This document shows, in pieces, positions 25,175-38,400 of a DNA stretch of 64,000 bases (positions are counted from its first letter, which is position 1; the number at the start of each line of letters is the position of its first letter). The position numbers were made by a program, and so were the translations under genes. The stretch spans positions 65,067 through 129,066 of the forward strand of contig MU004233.1 of NCBI GenBank assembly GCA_010405405.1, read 5' to 3'. The DNA is from Microthyrium microscopicum (taxonomy: Eukaryota). Under the pieces are notes generated by a model. That model did not search any database, was not told where the DNA came from, and worked only from the letters and a program-made list of their open reading frames with translations.

Positions 25175-27135
25175 CTATGTGATATAAAGCTTCCCATCGT
25201 CTTTTCTCGTGAACACTTCCGAGCCAACGCATGGATAACACCACAACGTGTTATTTGGGTCATACTTTTGCTTGATTTTCAAAAGTCGAGGGTAGTTTGA
25301 GCCCCAAAACGTCTTCTGCCAATCGGGTTCTAAATAACTTGCCTACTTGAAGTCAGATATTGATCAGGATGCCGGTCACAGAGGCTGAGAAGCTTACCTC
25401 ATTCAGATATGCTGCAGACTGGACCGAAAATTTGTCAAGCATTGAAATATCTGCTTGTGTAGCGACATAACTTTGCAACACTTGACGATTCGTTGTGAAC
25501 TTTGACTGGTTCAATGGGAGAATCGACATGTGTACAATTGCATCTCGCCAGGCTGGATTCAATCCAGTACTCTCTTTACTCTTTTCCACCGCTCCTCCTG
25601 CGATGTTGAAAGGTTCGAGGACATGACCATTAGCAAAGAGTTCCCCAAGTACTTTTGCCATGCCATCAACATCCTGAAGACCTTTGCGGCCCAAAAGTCT
25701 AGAAGCCATAATACCAGCATCTCCTTCTGTTATTTCCGTTAATCCATCATTCAAAGCCAAATTCAAGGATATCAGTAAGGTATTCAAAGCGTCTGGAACC
25801 GGGTAGCTTGTGACCTTCAAGCCCATTGCAGTCAAATTCTTGCCATACGGATCCAGAAATTTGTTCATTTCGTCCATCGTCTTTCCAGGGGCACTGAGCA
25901 GGGTCCGAAATATATTGCTGTACATGAGAGGATATCCGCTGATTCCATAATCGCACCACTCCGGCATGACGCTGAGTAAATAGGCCATGCCTTTCAAGTA
26001 TCCAGCATTTCCAGAGCTTCCAGGAGTGACAGAAATTTTGATTCCGTTCAGCGTTGTAGGGTCGTGAGTCTTCATGGTAACCTTCGTTACGATTCCCCAA
26101 GTACCACCACCTCCACCACGTAAGGCCCAGAACAGATCAGGGTGGCTGTTCTTGTTGGCAATTGCAACTTCTCCAGTGGGGAGCACGACTTCGAATTCCA
26201 GTACGTTATCGACTCCTAGGCCTTTGTAATTGCTGAAAAAGCCATGTCCTCCTCCTTGAAGCCAGCCACCTGCTGCACCGACGCTCTTTCAGTTGTTAGA
26301 TCTTGATCATATATTAACTCGGTTGTTCTTACCCCACTTGTGCCTCCGGTAACAATCTTCTTTTGCGTGTATGCAGCGGAATACAAGTCCTTCCATTGTA
26401 TACCACCACCGTAAATTACCACACTCTGTGCCGTTGTATTCTCAAAAATGTTATTTGATTTATCCAATCTTTGCGACTGAGTAGTAGCGGTCGGGGTCCA
26501 GTCGTTTGACCATTTTATTCCCTTCAGATTATGTACCCATATCCCCAGACTGCCATAGCCTAAGTTTCTACCAAGAGATCAGTATGAAAGGTTCTTGTTT
26601 TGACAATGAGTTTGACTCACTTGCCGAGGAAATCATGGCCGGTGTTCTTGATGCTGATCCTTAGATTCCATTTGTTTGCAAATTTGACAGCAGCAACGAC
26701 ATCAGATACTGACATTGCCTTGACGACATAGGTCGGATAGTTGCCAAGCGAGCAAGTCACTGCCGCGTATTTGGATGGACAGTCAAGACACCCGAATCCT
26801 CCCCACCAACCCGATTTCACCAGCCATGGATCATTATCGAAATCTTTGGTCCGTAGCCCACATCCCAAGACACCTCCTTTGGCTTGTGTCTCATACTTGC
26901 CCGTGTTGGACAGAACTGGCGTCAAAAGTTTCCCATTAATAGTTTTATTGAAAACAAGCCAGTCATCACTCTTCGGATAGGATTCGTCTCCTGGATACTG
27001 AATTGCGATCAGCGTGATAGTAGAATATTTCGGGAATGTATACGTACTGTCTTGGCCAGCTTCTGAGCAACCGCTGTCGAGCTCGAGGAAGATAGCAAGG
27101 CACAAACAGCAATTATGCTGGTACCGATATGCCAT
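25175..27135 (-). CDS. FAD-linked oxidoreductase (berberine bridge enzyme/VAO family)
   Basis: KNTGHDFLG flavinylation motif, GGWLQGGGHG, DLFWALRGGGGGTWG, AYLNEA and the BBE tail FWGSNYPRLLKIKQKYDP. Confidence 0.9.
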
Positions 27136-28123
27136 CGCATGCCTAAGGAGGATTTATGTATTCAACAGCAACCCAAGAGGAATCGTATCGCCAGTATTCA
27201 CGCATCTCAGGCGCTTGTGGCTATCTTTAACCAATGACAATAGTATTTTCCCATGGCTGTTCCACAATGATACGACTATAAAGAATCGCGAAATTGATTG
27301 AACCTGCGATCTAATATCGCTATTCAGTGTTTACGGGACAGTGTCAGTGCCCGATGTGAATCCAGGCTCCCGGCAGCCGTTTGGTCATCTGTACACCAAT
27401 AGGGCAGAGTGTGCTGGTTATGCCTGTCCATCTTCGTAAAAGCCCACTATTTTCCAGGCGCTTGGAGACCTAAATGAAGAATACTCCAAGATCTAGACTG
27501 GACTGATTGGTCTTATGCCCTGGAAGCTAAGGATATTATATGACCAGGAGTATCGAGATTCAGATCTATATTGCTTCCGACATTCGCGAATACGTAATAC
27601 AGTCTTATTGAATCTCGGGCCGAGAATGAGAGTAGGGATCCCGTTTCTACAGATACTTGAATAATGGCATTTCTGCAGTGATGTACGGAATGTTAATCAC
27701 AGCAACTTCTTATTTCTTGTCCATTGGAAATATACATAGTATAAGATGTAAAGCCACACTGCGAAATGTGTATAGAATTGTGGAAACAGCTCACGAAATT
27801 CAACTGCTAGCACATGTCTTCCCACTTTTCTAGTATCTACAAGTACATGTACTACTACTAGTCAGCATATGAATGACTACTACTTACCGGTATAGCTACT
27901 TCCACTCTATACAAGCGAACCAAGAGTGCCAGGCTGTCCAACCCTCCTGTGGTTAGCTTGAAGGAAATGGAAGATCACTGGCAGGTTCTACCTTTACAGG
28001 TACGCCCTATGCATGACCATTTCACCGCTGGGTTTGAATAGAAAGACATAGGGACAACATGCCCCTCAATCCTCTATTCACTTTTCTTGCGAGAGAATAG
28101 AATGTACGAAAAAATCCAGTTTG

Positions 28124-29137
28124 ATGCCTTCATCTACCCGAAAAGTTCTCTTGTTGAGTCACACAAACTATGATCCAGGCAATTCCAACAATGAGAGCTC
28201 TGCGCCAGCTCGAATCCTCACTGCGGCTGGTAATTCTCGTGCTGGGCTAGCTCGAATCCTTACTGCTGCTGGTGCATCAGTTTCTGCCACATCGTGGAAC
28301 GACGATTGCCTTGATCCGGAATATCTGGCAGCTTACGATGTCGTCAGCTTCATAGGTTGTTGGTTCTATGATAAGCAGCCAAAAAGGTTTTGTGCATTAG
28401 TCAAAGACAAAATCATCCCGGCCCAAAAGCTCAATTCGGAACTGAGAATCCTCAATAATCCCGAAATTGTCCTCTGGAACATGGAAAAAACATACTTGCA
28501 AGATCTCGAAGAAGCAGGCTTCCAGGTTCCCAAAACACACTTCATTGATGATCTTTCGCAAATTTCTGATCCCGAGATGTTATGCAAGCATCTCAATGAA
28601 GTTGCAAATGATTTTGGACAGAGAAAATCATATGTGCTCAAGCCATCCATTTCTGCCTCTGCTAAACAGACGCATCTCGTTCTCGATCGCTTCAACTACT
28701 CGAAGGCGGATCACGAGTACCTTTCCTCTGTACTGACAAACGGCCTCGATGGAAGGTTGATGGTACAGCACTTTGAGCCCACCATCCACAGTGGTGAATA
28801 TAGTCTGGTCTTTGTGGGTGGTGAACACACGCATACCGTGCTCAAAATGCCTGCAAAGAATGACTTTCGAAGCCAGAAAGCATTTGGCGGCCAACGGATT
28901 GAGATTGGCAAAGCGGAGCTGCCCAGCGAGGCCAAAAGAGCCGCAGAAAAATTGATTATATGGCTAGAGCAGCGCTTTGGCGAAGTGTCTTATTGTAGGA
29001 TCGATGGTGTCATTCGTGACGATGGCGAATTTGTCTTCATGGAGGTGGAAGCGATCGAGCCAGAGCTATGGTGGGAAAGTGCCAGCACTTCTCGAGCAAA
29101 GGACCTTTTATGCCAGGTTTTTCTTGGGAAAGGCTGA
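28124..29137 (+). CDS. ATP-grasp protein (RimK/glutathione-synthetase-like)
   Basis: Intronless. Motifs NNPEIVLWNMEKTYLQDL, VLKPSISASA, GEYSLVF, DFRSQ..FGG, YCRIDG, FMEVEAIEPELW. Confidence 0.85.
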   Translation: MPSSTRKVLLLSHTNYDPGNSNNESSAPARILTAAGNSRAGLARILTAAGASVSATSWNDDCLDPEYLAAYDVVSFIGCWFYDKQPKRFCALVKDKIIPAQKLNSELRILNNPEIVLWNMEKTYLQDLEEAGFQVPKTHFIDDLSQISDPEMLCKHLNEVANDFGQRKSYVLKPSISASAKQTHLVLDRFNYSKADHEYLSSVLTNGLDGRLMVQHFEPTIHSGEYSLVFVGGEHTHTVLKMPAKNDFRSQKAFGGQRIEIGKAELPSEAKRAAEKLIIWLEQRFGEVSYCRIDGVIRDDGEFVFMEVEAIEPELWWESASTSRAKDLLCQVFLGKG

Positions 29138-29829
29138 AAGTGGTACAATCTCTTACATCACTTCATACTAGATTCCACCATATTTTACATTGTGGAGTGA
29201 AGAAAGTGGTCATTGTAAGTATTTGCAGAGACCAGAGGTAAAAATTATATAATATGACAGATTTAGTTTTCAGCCAAATACTATAAGACTCTAATTCGTA
29301 GGCATTTCCAACCTTTGGTGAATTTTATGTATTGATATGATGAAAGGTGAGTTCCTACACAGATACGGAGTACATAGGTCCTGGATCAAACTTTAATGCT
29401 TCAGCCTTCTCGAAAAAGTAGAGAACCAACACTGTAAGCATTCTTTCGCTGCCTCAGCGAACTTATATACATATCAAAATCCAAACAATATGACTTCGGA
29501 AGTTCCGAGCTGTTCGACCTAGCCACGAAGATGCGCGAGGGCATGTTCAACATAGGTGCCGCGGGTCAGAATTATACGCCACCTTCAAATATATTGATTA
29601 TCTTCATGGCCCTATGAATCTGGTAGTAGTTTGTCTCACTCGGTTAGGAGCGAGGTTAGTGGCGTTAAAGACTCATTTATTCACTAAGCAAAAGGCTATG
29701 ATCTTCGATCAATCAAACAACCTTATCTTGAGAACCATCTATAAGTGTGTAGAGAGTCTTTCTTATGGATCTAGTAGTTTCGCGATTGCTTTTCGTGATT
29801 CTATCCAGTATTGAGTCAAATTTCGAAAG

Positions 29830-31250
29830 ATGCGAGCTACAACAATTTCTTTGCTCTTTGCGGGTGCTGTCTCGGCCCATAGTGCCGTCTGGAATATCAC
29901 CATCGATGGGACAGTGTAAGAAGTTCACAGTCGAAGATATTCCATAGGCTCATATCTCCAGATACCCAGCTCGTGACGCGCGAATCGATCCTTTCGTGAA
30001 GGCCAAGCGTATTGAGTGGGGATTTGATAACGCTCAGAACTTCACTTGGGCGGCGGTCACTAATGTAACCGACAAGGGAATCGCATGTATGCTCTGTAAA
30101 TGCTCGATATGGAGGCGCCATGAACTGACCACTACAAGGCGGAATCAATGCACAACCTCCTGCGCTCACAGCAAAAGCTCGTGCTGGTGCCAAAGTGACT
30201 GTCCAATGGTCTGGCGTAATCAAAGGACATCAAGGCCCTTACATGACTGTGAGTAATTACGGAAAGTCACCAGTGCCGCTTTTAATGGGAGCTGTAGTAT
30301 CTAGGAGAATATAAGCCGGGCCAATCTCCAAACGATGTCGCATTTTTCAAGATAGATGAGGTCGGCTACGACAAGGAGAAGAGTGAGTATACCGTCAAAC
30401 AAAACATTTGAACTGCTCTAACACATGAATCTACAGAGATATGGGCCAACGAAAAGCTGATCCAGTCCGGAACGCGGGAAACCTTCCAAATTCCAAGTGA
30501 CATCAAGCCGGGTGTTTATGTCATGCGAACTGAACTATTGTCTCTTCATGGTAACATGTGGAACAAAGATAATGATGTCGAGCCATTTGGTGGACGTGGT
30601 CCTCAATTCTATACCCATTGCTTCAACGTTGATATCTCAGGTTCTGGAAATGCCGAGCCCAAGGGTGTCAAGTTCCCCAGTCCAGAAGCTATGAAGCAGG
30701 ATGACTACGGAGTCAAGTTCAATGTTTTCGATCAGCAAAAGTTCCCATGGCCATCATATGTAAGCTGGTCTCATTCACTCGTGAAGACGATTACTAACGA
30801 ACGTGCAAAAAGACACCTCCGGGACCACCCAAGTACAATGGAAAATATGCCGAACCAGTAGGACCAGCGCCAGTAGTTACGCCAAAAGAATTGGGAGCTT
30901 TCTCCGAACCATTCGAGTCCAAATACCAAGCCTTCAAGAGATACTGGGATCATGATGCTCGAAGCACAAATGATTTCGTCAATTCGTTGTCACCTGGCAC
31001 TAAAGAAGGCGATAAGCCCCGACCGATGGCTCCACCCAAGGCTGGCTCTGGCTCACCTGGAGCATATGACAAGGATACCAGCAAGGATTTCAATCTGACG
31101 GCAAACACGGAAGGAATTTTCAAGGCCTTTGAGAAAGATCCCAAGTCGGCAGACTTCTTCAAGAAGCAGGGTGCGGAGCGAAGGAAGTTCCCAGAGGAGC
31201 TTGAAGCTTTGCGACAAGAAGGTATTAAACTTGGCGCGGTAACTCCATAA
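29830..31250 (+). CDS. AA9 lytic polysaccharide monooxygenase with long C-terminal extension
   Basis: Signal peptide MRATTISLLFAGAVSA followed by His1 (HSAVW). Second His in GHQGP, FFKIDE, PSDIKPGVYVMRTELLSLH and PQFYTHC. Multi-exon. Confidence 0.88.
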
Positions 31251-31396
31251 AGGACAGAACGAGTAAATCTATGAGGAGTCAATGAAAGCCGACTTAGAAA
31301 CTCACATTCATTCAGTGATGTTGAATGACCAGTAATAGAGCCAATGCGTAAGCATCAAGGGGATATCATATTCAGTCATAATCCAATACAAACTGC

Positions 31397-33069
31397 TCAG
31401 TGAGCTTGAAGCCAACCAAGCATCTGTCCAAATGCTAGCTGTTGAGCTTCCTTGATCTTTGAATCCTCGTAATCACCCAATACTGCAAAGCCGTGGGGAA
31501 CTTCAGGATATACCTTGACCTCATGTTCAATCTCGGCTTTTTCGAGTGCCTCAACACCAGCTATGCGCACCTCATCTGGGAACAGTGGATCGTTTTCCAC
31601 GCAAACCAGAATAGTCGGGACTTTAAGCTTGCTGATATCCTCAGGGGCAATTTGTGTGCCGTGAGCGATGGCGCCAACCTTGATCACCGGACCGCTCGTC
31701 GCAGCGGCTTGCGATTCCTCATCGTCTTTTGGTGCTGCGCTTTGTGGTGTAGCATTTCCGCCTTCACCGCCAAGTAAGAGAACGTATCGCGCGCCAAAGC
31801 AGTAACCCACAGCATATATGCCACCTCCATTGGCAACAGCGTCTGCGAATTCTTCCTTGGCGCCTTCGATGACTTTGTGCAGGATGGGCAAGACCTTCTC
31901 TGGCGTGTGTCTGGCAAGCCACATATCTATCATGAAGGCTTTGGCTGTGTCGGCTACACCCATTTTGATACGCTCTAGTAAAGATAGCTCTGCGCCGGCA
32001 TCAGTGACACTGTTCCCAGTTGCCGTATCGCCTCCAAACCTAGAATTCCTATCAGAACCATTGTAAATATATGATTAGAGTTTCGACTCACTGATCTGGC
32101 ATGATGACCAAAAAGCCTTCCGAAGCAAACTTGTCTGCTTGTAACTGATTGTTTGCGGATTTTAGACCAGTACCTGGATTGATTAGTATGCATTGTATGG
32201 TTTGGGTCCCTCATAAGTTGGGAACCAAAAGCGGATTTTCATACCTCCTGTCAAAAGCAGAAGCAATTTGGACGGAGAATGCGGATAGTCAGCCGGCTTC
32301 GCGATGTACACCTTGTATGGTCAACTTGGAACTTTCGAAATGTATGACATGGGACAATGGAACGTTCATACATCGACGTCTCCAAGCTTCGTAAGCTCCT
32401 AGTTTGCGAGTCAATGTAAAGAGCTTTGCAAAACTCATGAAAGCTTACTCCCGTTGGCACCTCACCAGCAGCTATATCAGTTAGCATTGCAGAGTGTAAT
32501 AGTTTGGGTGGCATGTTTTACGTGAAGGTCTATCCGTTGTACAGTGCTCACCCATTGTTGGCCCAGTTTGAGCAACAGAGTCTCCTAGAAATTCTTAGAT
32601 CAAGATTGCGAATAAAGCTAACACGCGCTGAAAAGACCAAAATGGTCTGGTCAGGATCAACAAATAGAATAATCGCATAATCCATCGCATTCGACGGCAT
32701 CCATAGCATTCGATTAGAAACGCCTTATGGGAGCCATCGAATGCGATGTGGGACACATTGATTTTGTGTTCATTGGATGTCGTCAAGAAATGCTGTTTGA
32801 CACGGCGGAATCTTACCTGCAAATTGTCAATATACGATTACGACTAGACCTGACATGCTGGAAAGATCACTTAGGCTTTTCGTGCCGAAACCGTTAAACA
32901 CCCATTGCATTCGATGGTAGCCATCGAGTGCGATGGGAGACAAGATTACTTTGGTCCATAGCATGTCATCAAGAAATATAACTTAGCATGGAGGAATCTG
33001 ACCTTGAAATGGGGAGTCTTCAACAGCGTCACTTTCGGGAGCCTTGGTGGCAAGCTCTGGGTCGGACAT
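31397..33069 (-). CDS. dienelactone hydrolase family protein
   Basis: Exons reconstructed as MSDPELATK..FQ / GDSVAQTGPTMGEHCTTDRP / ... / VYIAKPADYPHSPSKLLLLLTGG / TGLKSANNQLQADKFASEGF / final exon with GYCFGA, ENDPLF and VPHGF (Cys-Asp-His triad). Confidence 0.88.
32585..32816 (-). mobile_element. introner-like intron B (232 nt), directly abutting intron A
   Basis: GTAAGATTCC...CTAAGAATTTCTAG. Hairpin CATCGCATTCGA...TCGAATGCGATG. Colinear similarity with intron 62712-62925. Confidence 0.8.
32817..33002 (-). mobile_element. introner-like intron A (186 nt) in the dienelactone hydrolase gene
   Basis: GTCAGATTCC...ATTGACAATTTGCAG. Core hairpin CCCATCGCACTCGATGGCTACCATCGAATGCAATGGG. First ~100 nt align with intron B. 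Confidence 0.75.
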
Positions 33070-33337
33070 GATTGTAAAGTTACGACCGGTTACAGTGAGG
33101 CACTGCGATAATTCAAAGTTGATATTCGAAGATGAAAGTGAAGGTTATGTAACTAATGGTGAGCATCTGCATTCGTAGACCAAACGCCTGGATGACATCA
33201 AATAGATAAGCGCGCGGCAGCTTCTTCATGCACGCCGCATTTATATATGCGCGGGCCCGGGCGGCTGCACTTTTCACATCAGGCATCTCGCGACCACCAG
33301 CGTTGAAGCATACACCTCATTCATTGCCGGCTATTCG

Positions 33338-34641
33338 TCAATACCCGGTATTATTATAAGCAATCTCCTCCGCCTTCAGTCCTAGACCATAGTCCGAATA
33401 CTGGTCCCACGTCTCGCTGACGCCCAGCCCATTGACAGCCGCTCCACTTACATGCGCCAGCGTCGAAGTTGTCAACTCGATTACATACAAGCTTCCGCGA
33501 TGAGAGATCATACGATGAGTCCAGCTTCCCTACGTGGGCAGCATGATCGTATTCTGTATCGCCATTCTCGGTTTCGCGGTGCCGTTGGTCGCTATACTTT
33601 CGATCTGCACAGTGAACACGGCATTGACGCAAGAAGGGCACACCGTCGACGACCCTAGGAGCCAGAAACGTGATGGATCTTGGTCAAACGCGAGGTGAAT
33701 AATAGGCGCGGTACTGCCTTCAGCTGAAGAGAGCGTAAACCTCTCGATGGACGCGTCTTTGTTGATGCGGCCAAAAGGTTCCCGTGCCTGAAGTCGTGTC
33801 GCCCAGCAAAACAACCCAAGCATTTCCATCTGCTCCAGCAATTAGACCGACAGGCGTGCTGCCTTGTTTTGGGGTGACGGCGATTTCTTCGCCCTTGCCT
33901 CCATCGTTCTTGTAATGCCAGATCTTGCTACTCGTGTCAAGGCCAGAGTATACATCACCGCTAGTAGGATGTATTGCGATGAAAATTGGGCGCCCGCTGA
34001 CGGCCCAGACTTGGTGATCGTTCGGGTTGCTGATGCTAATTCTAACCTGGATTTTTTTAGTCTAAGATCCATAAAGAGCATTGTATTCTATGGAAGCCAA
34101 TATGCGCTAATATGATCATGGGGACTCTTACCACGTGCGAACTATCCTTACACGATATCCACAAATTCCCATCATTCTACAATACGCCGTGAGGTCCGAA
34201 AGCGGGAGAAGATATCGGAATGGTCTTGATAACCTTTGGGGGTGAATTGATTATTGATATCGTCGCCTTTGGGGTCGATCAGAAGCATGGCATTGTCGAA
34301 CTGAACAGTGGCCCAAACCGTGCTAGATGCGTTGGTTCCGGATCCCGGATGAAGTGCTAGTCCATGTAGACCAGACACTGATTTGTCGCAGTCCATTTAC
34401 GAGACCCGGTGGGTCGTCCATTGCTATCAAGTCCTGCCTTGATGAGACTGCCATCGGTTTGCTGGGAAATGAGTAGCAGCTCATCGCTGACGGCTTGTAC
34501 CTCGTGCGTTTCTTCAGCAGCTGGTAGAGGATATTCGACGATCGATTTGACGGGTAAGGAGCTCAGTGTGCTGGAAGTCCATTTGGGAACGGAAAAGAGA
34601 TTTCAAGCAAGTTGCACGCAGTAGGCAAACGCGACTTTCAT
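33338..34641 (-). pseudogene. degenerate beta-propeller (Vgb lyase-like) gene
   Basis: Stitched frames give EYPLPAAEETHE..LISQQTDG..SGLHGL..GPHG..PIFI..GSTPVGL..GTFGRI..IIHLAF..WTHR. In-frame TAG stops at 34177 and 33530, and frameshifts near 34380, 34240 and 33800. The start position is uncertain. Confidence 0.65.
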
Positions 34642-35411
34642 ATTAGTTTTTATATCGCACGCCAGTCAATTGGCGGATGGTGTTTATACTATTTCGAGCT
34701 AGAACACGATGCAAACGTGCCGATCTCTGTCCTCCCAACTTCCCAAGAACATGAGAAAGAAGGCAACACATTTCTGAATCCGGTAACGCTCGGTGGAGCC
34801 GCGGCGCCTCATTTGATACTACTACAAAGTAGATAATGTTACGCCCGTCCCGGATTGCCGAGGTTTAATTTCCCACGATCGTTATGGTGTACCATAAATA
34901 CGAATTCTTGTAAAACTGAGAACATGTTGATGCAGCCTTTGCGAATGGCGGTCAAACCGTCGTGTACACATGCAGCCAAGACAGCCCAGACCTCAGGGAT
35001 ACTCATTAGAGTACTTGAATACACCGGCTACATAGGTAAGGTAGGTAGTATCTTATGGCAGCCTCAGCTCTGCGACCTCATCTAGCATATTGGAGGAAAG
35101 AGAGGTTTTCAAAATACATTGTAAACGATATGGCCATGGTGACACAAATGATCATGTACAACAGATCTCGACACGCCTAAGATCTAATGATAAATTAGGT
35201 ACTAAAACAGTACCAGTAGTATGAGCGTTATCAAGTTATTACTGCAGTACTGAGCATCATGTAGCAAGTCCTGAAAATCATGGATTCATGGCAATGCCTC
35301 ATCATTAAATCTACCAAAGCCTATTCCATAGTAGGCGCAGACACGAGATTGCTAGAGCAACGATAGGCTTAGCGATCGTACAATGTAAAACTAACCGAAA
35401 CAAAACTCCTA

Positions 35412-38400
35412 TCAAACACCAGCCGCACTAGAAGCCTCTTCTTCCGCCGTTCGTCTAAAGTAATCAGTCTCACTACCACTGAGAACCGCAGTGGTAGGAA
35501 TCTCAGATCCGATGCCTGAGTCTGCGTCAGCTTGGAAAAGAACCAGCTTCTTCTCCGCCGGCACAGGAGTCGAGTCCTTGTCTTCCTCCAAGATCTCCTC
35601 CTCATGCTCAACTTCGCTCTCTACATCACCACCGCGCTCAGCGCCCGCACTGACTTCACTATCAGTCTGCATCACACTCTCTGTCTCCGTCTGTTCCTCC
35701 TCATCCTCGCTCTCCCCGCGCATACTCTCCGTAACATCACTACTCCGTCGTGATATCTCGCTCTCCGTGAAATATTCGCCAGTGCTATAACTCACTGCAC
35801 TGCCCGCGCTCGTTCTCCGCTCACTCTCATCACCAAGCGAGCTCTCTCCATCCGCCATCTGACTCTCGCCATCACCCTCATGAATCGTCACAGTTCCGGT
35901 ACTCTCAACATCCTCTTCATCTTCATCGCGAATGTCTTCGAGTAGCGAGTTCTCCTTGTCATCATCTTCATCCATCAAGCCACCACTGACGCGTCGCTTC
36001 TCAACACCGCCCCAAGAAGACTTGCGCACACTACCCTGGCTCCGCACACTCTGGCTACGCTTCAACGCGGCGGCACCTAGCCCGGCGCCCAGAGTGGCTT
36101 CAGGTCGATATGCATGTGCGCCGGTAGGCGTGTTATGTGTGATTTGACTCAGGCTTAAGATACGTCGACTCGCGCTATTTGGTGTAGCTGGTGCACGACG
36201 TGCTGCTCGCGTCTTCAGCGCCATGCTCAGACCGGAAGTGGCAGCACTATTCGGCAGAGGAGCCAAAGTGCTTGCGTTGCTGGGGGCGCGTGGCCGACCA
36301 GCGTTAGCTGAGATGCCGCGGGACATAAGGAGTGCGCGGCTCTGGTCCATGATGCCTTCGAGGATGCGACGTTCAAGAGCATCGGCTTTGGCGTCCATGG
36401 CGTGGAGTTCGTCTTTGCGGATCGAGAGCGCGGTGTGTAAGGAGGACACGTCTGCTGCCAGACGAGCCTTGTGCCCGACGAGGGCATCGCGTTCGGCGCG
36501 GAGGTCAGAAACGATTGCGCGTAAGCTCTCCTTTTCGCTGGTCAAGGAGGTGATGTCGGACTCAAGATGTTCTTTCTCAGCTAGGCGACGCTCAAGGACG
36601 AGTGCGGTGTCGGCTGCTTCGCGTTCTTTGGATTCGTGGCCTTCTGTCAACAGTCGAGTCTGCGTAGAGACGAAGGTGGAGACTTCGGCAGCAGTAGCGA
36701 GGACTTGTTGGTGAATCTTGTCAAGGCGGTCGAGCTGCACAGCTGAATCACGGGGCTCGCTGAGGAGCGTCGTAAGGTCGTCGAGTTTGGCGTGAACTTC
36801 AGTGTCATCATACTTTTCGGGAGCCTCGATGGTGGGAACTGGTGCTGGAAGGAGGGCAGGCAGACCGGACACTGTGCTCTTGATTTCTTCAGTGAGTGAG
36901 CGAGAAGCTTCGGTAGCAGAGCGGTCGCGTTCTTCAAGTTGTTCTTTAGTTTGCTTGACGTGCTCGAACTGCTGATTGATGATTTCGCGGATTTCTTCAA
37001 GGGTAACCATAAAGCGGGGATGATACTCTGTCACGTCTGCTTGGAGAGCTTCGACAACAGTGGTGATTTTCGAGACATCTTCGCGAGTTTGCTCATGTTC
37101 TGCCTTCGCAGAAGTGCGTGTCTCGACGTTATCAATCTTGCTGAAGCCATCATCAATACGAGTGAATACCGTAGCCGAATCTTCCGAAAGCTTTTTGGTG
37201 ACTGTTTCAAAATCTTCCTTTACACCTGTAATAGCAACACCAAGAGTATCAACAGAGATACGGAGATCATCTGAAGTTTGCTTGGTCAAATCAATAATCT
37301 CTTTTTGCTCGGCGGTAGCAGCGAGAGAATCTATCTTGGACTCGTCATACTTGGACGCCATAGCATCAAAACGATCATCAAGTTTCTCAGAGATATCCTT
37401 GACCATAGCATCGCGGACTTCTTCGCTCTTGGTGTTGATGGCGGCGGTTTGTGCATCCTGACCTTCAGTAAAGGCAGACATGGTACCAACCACACCTTCA
37501 AACTCGCGTTCAACCTTCTCTCGAAGATCCTTGACCACCTCAGTAATGGCAAAGTGGTCTTTGATGGTTTGTTCCATGCCGTTCACGTTGGCGGACAAGA
37601 TCGTGAGATCGTCACCATTGGTAGTGAGTTTGGAGGTAACCTCCTCCTTGACCGATTCGACAAATTCTTTGAGTTGTTGAACGTTGTCGAGTATGCTTTG
37701 GGCTTCGAGTTTGCGATCGTCAAATGCTTTGGCAGTGATACCAATGTCAGCTTCGTAGCTCTCGCGCATCTTGTCGTGGCTATCTCGGAAGTCGTGGATA
37801 AGACCAGTAATTTGCTCAACGTCAGATTTGACTGGGGCGTTGTCGGAGCGGTCTTGTTGCATTTCGAGTACCTTCTCTTTGACCTCCAAAGCCACTAGTT
37901 GGAGAGCATCGAGTGATGTCTGTAGCGACTTCTTTTGCTCTTCAATGTTGGTTTGGTGGGCGGACTTGAGCTCTTCAAGCTTTGGTGTCACGTCAAGGAG
38001 AAGTTGTTGAACAGTGTCGAGGTCTTCCTTCTTCGGCATGTTTTCCATCATCTCTTCGGACATGGCTCCAATGGCAGTTTCAAGTTTCTCGGACAATTCT
38101 GCGATCTGCTCGCTGCTTACTCCTGCAGGTATAGCTTGTGTCTGCATCTCCTCCAATTGTGATTTGGTGTTGCGAAGCAAAGTCTCAATAGCGTCAGTAT
38201 CATCCTTCTTGGCCAAGCCATTGGTGTCCGTCTCGCGGCTGGCGATGAGATCGAGAGTAGCTTGCATATCTTTGAGGAGGTTTTCGATCGGGCTAATATC
38301 TTCCTTAGTGGCAGCACTCTCAACAGACGATGGTGTCGAAGCTTGATTTGAGATCTCGCCGATGTTGGCATCCATGGCATCGACCTTTACCTCAAGAGCG

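Noticed and set aside
32680..33010. CRISPR-like or terminator-like palindromic repeats
   Set aside because: Eukaryotic context with no repeat-spacer periodicity. The palindromes lie inside spliceosomal introns.
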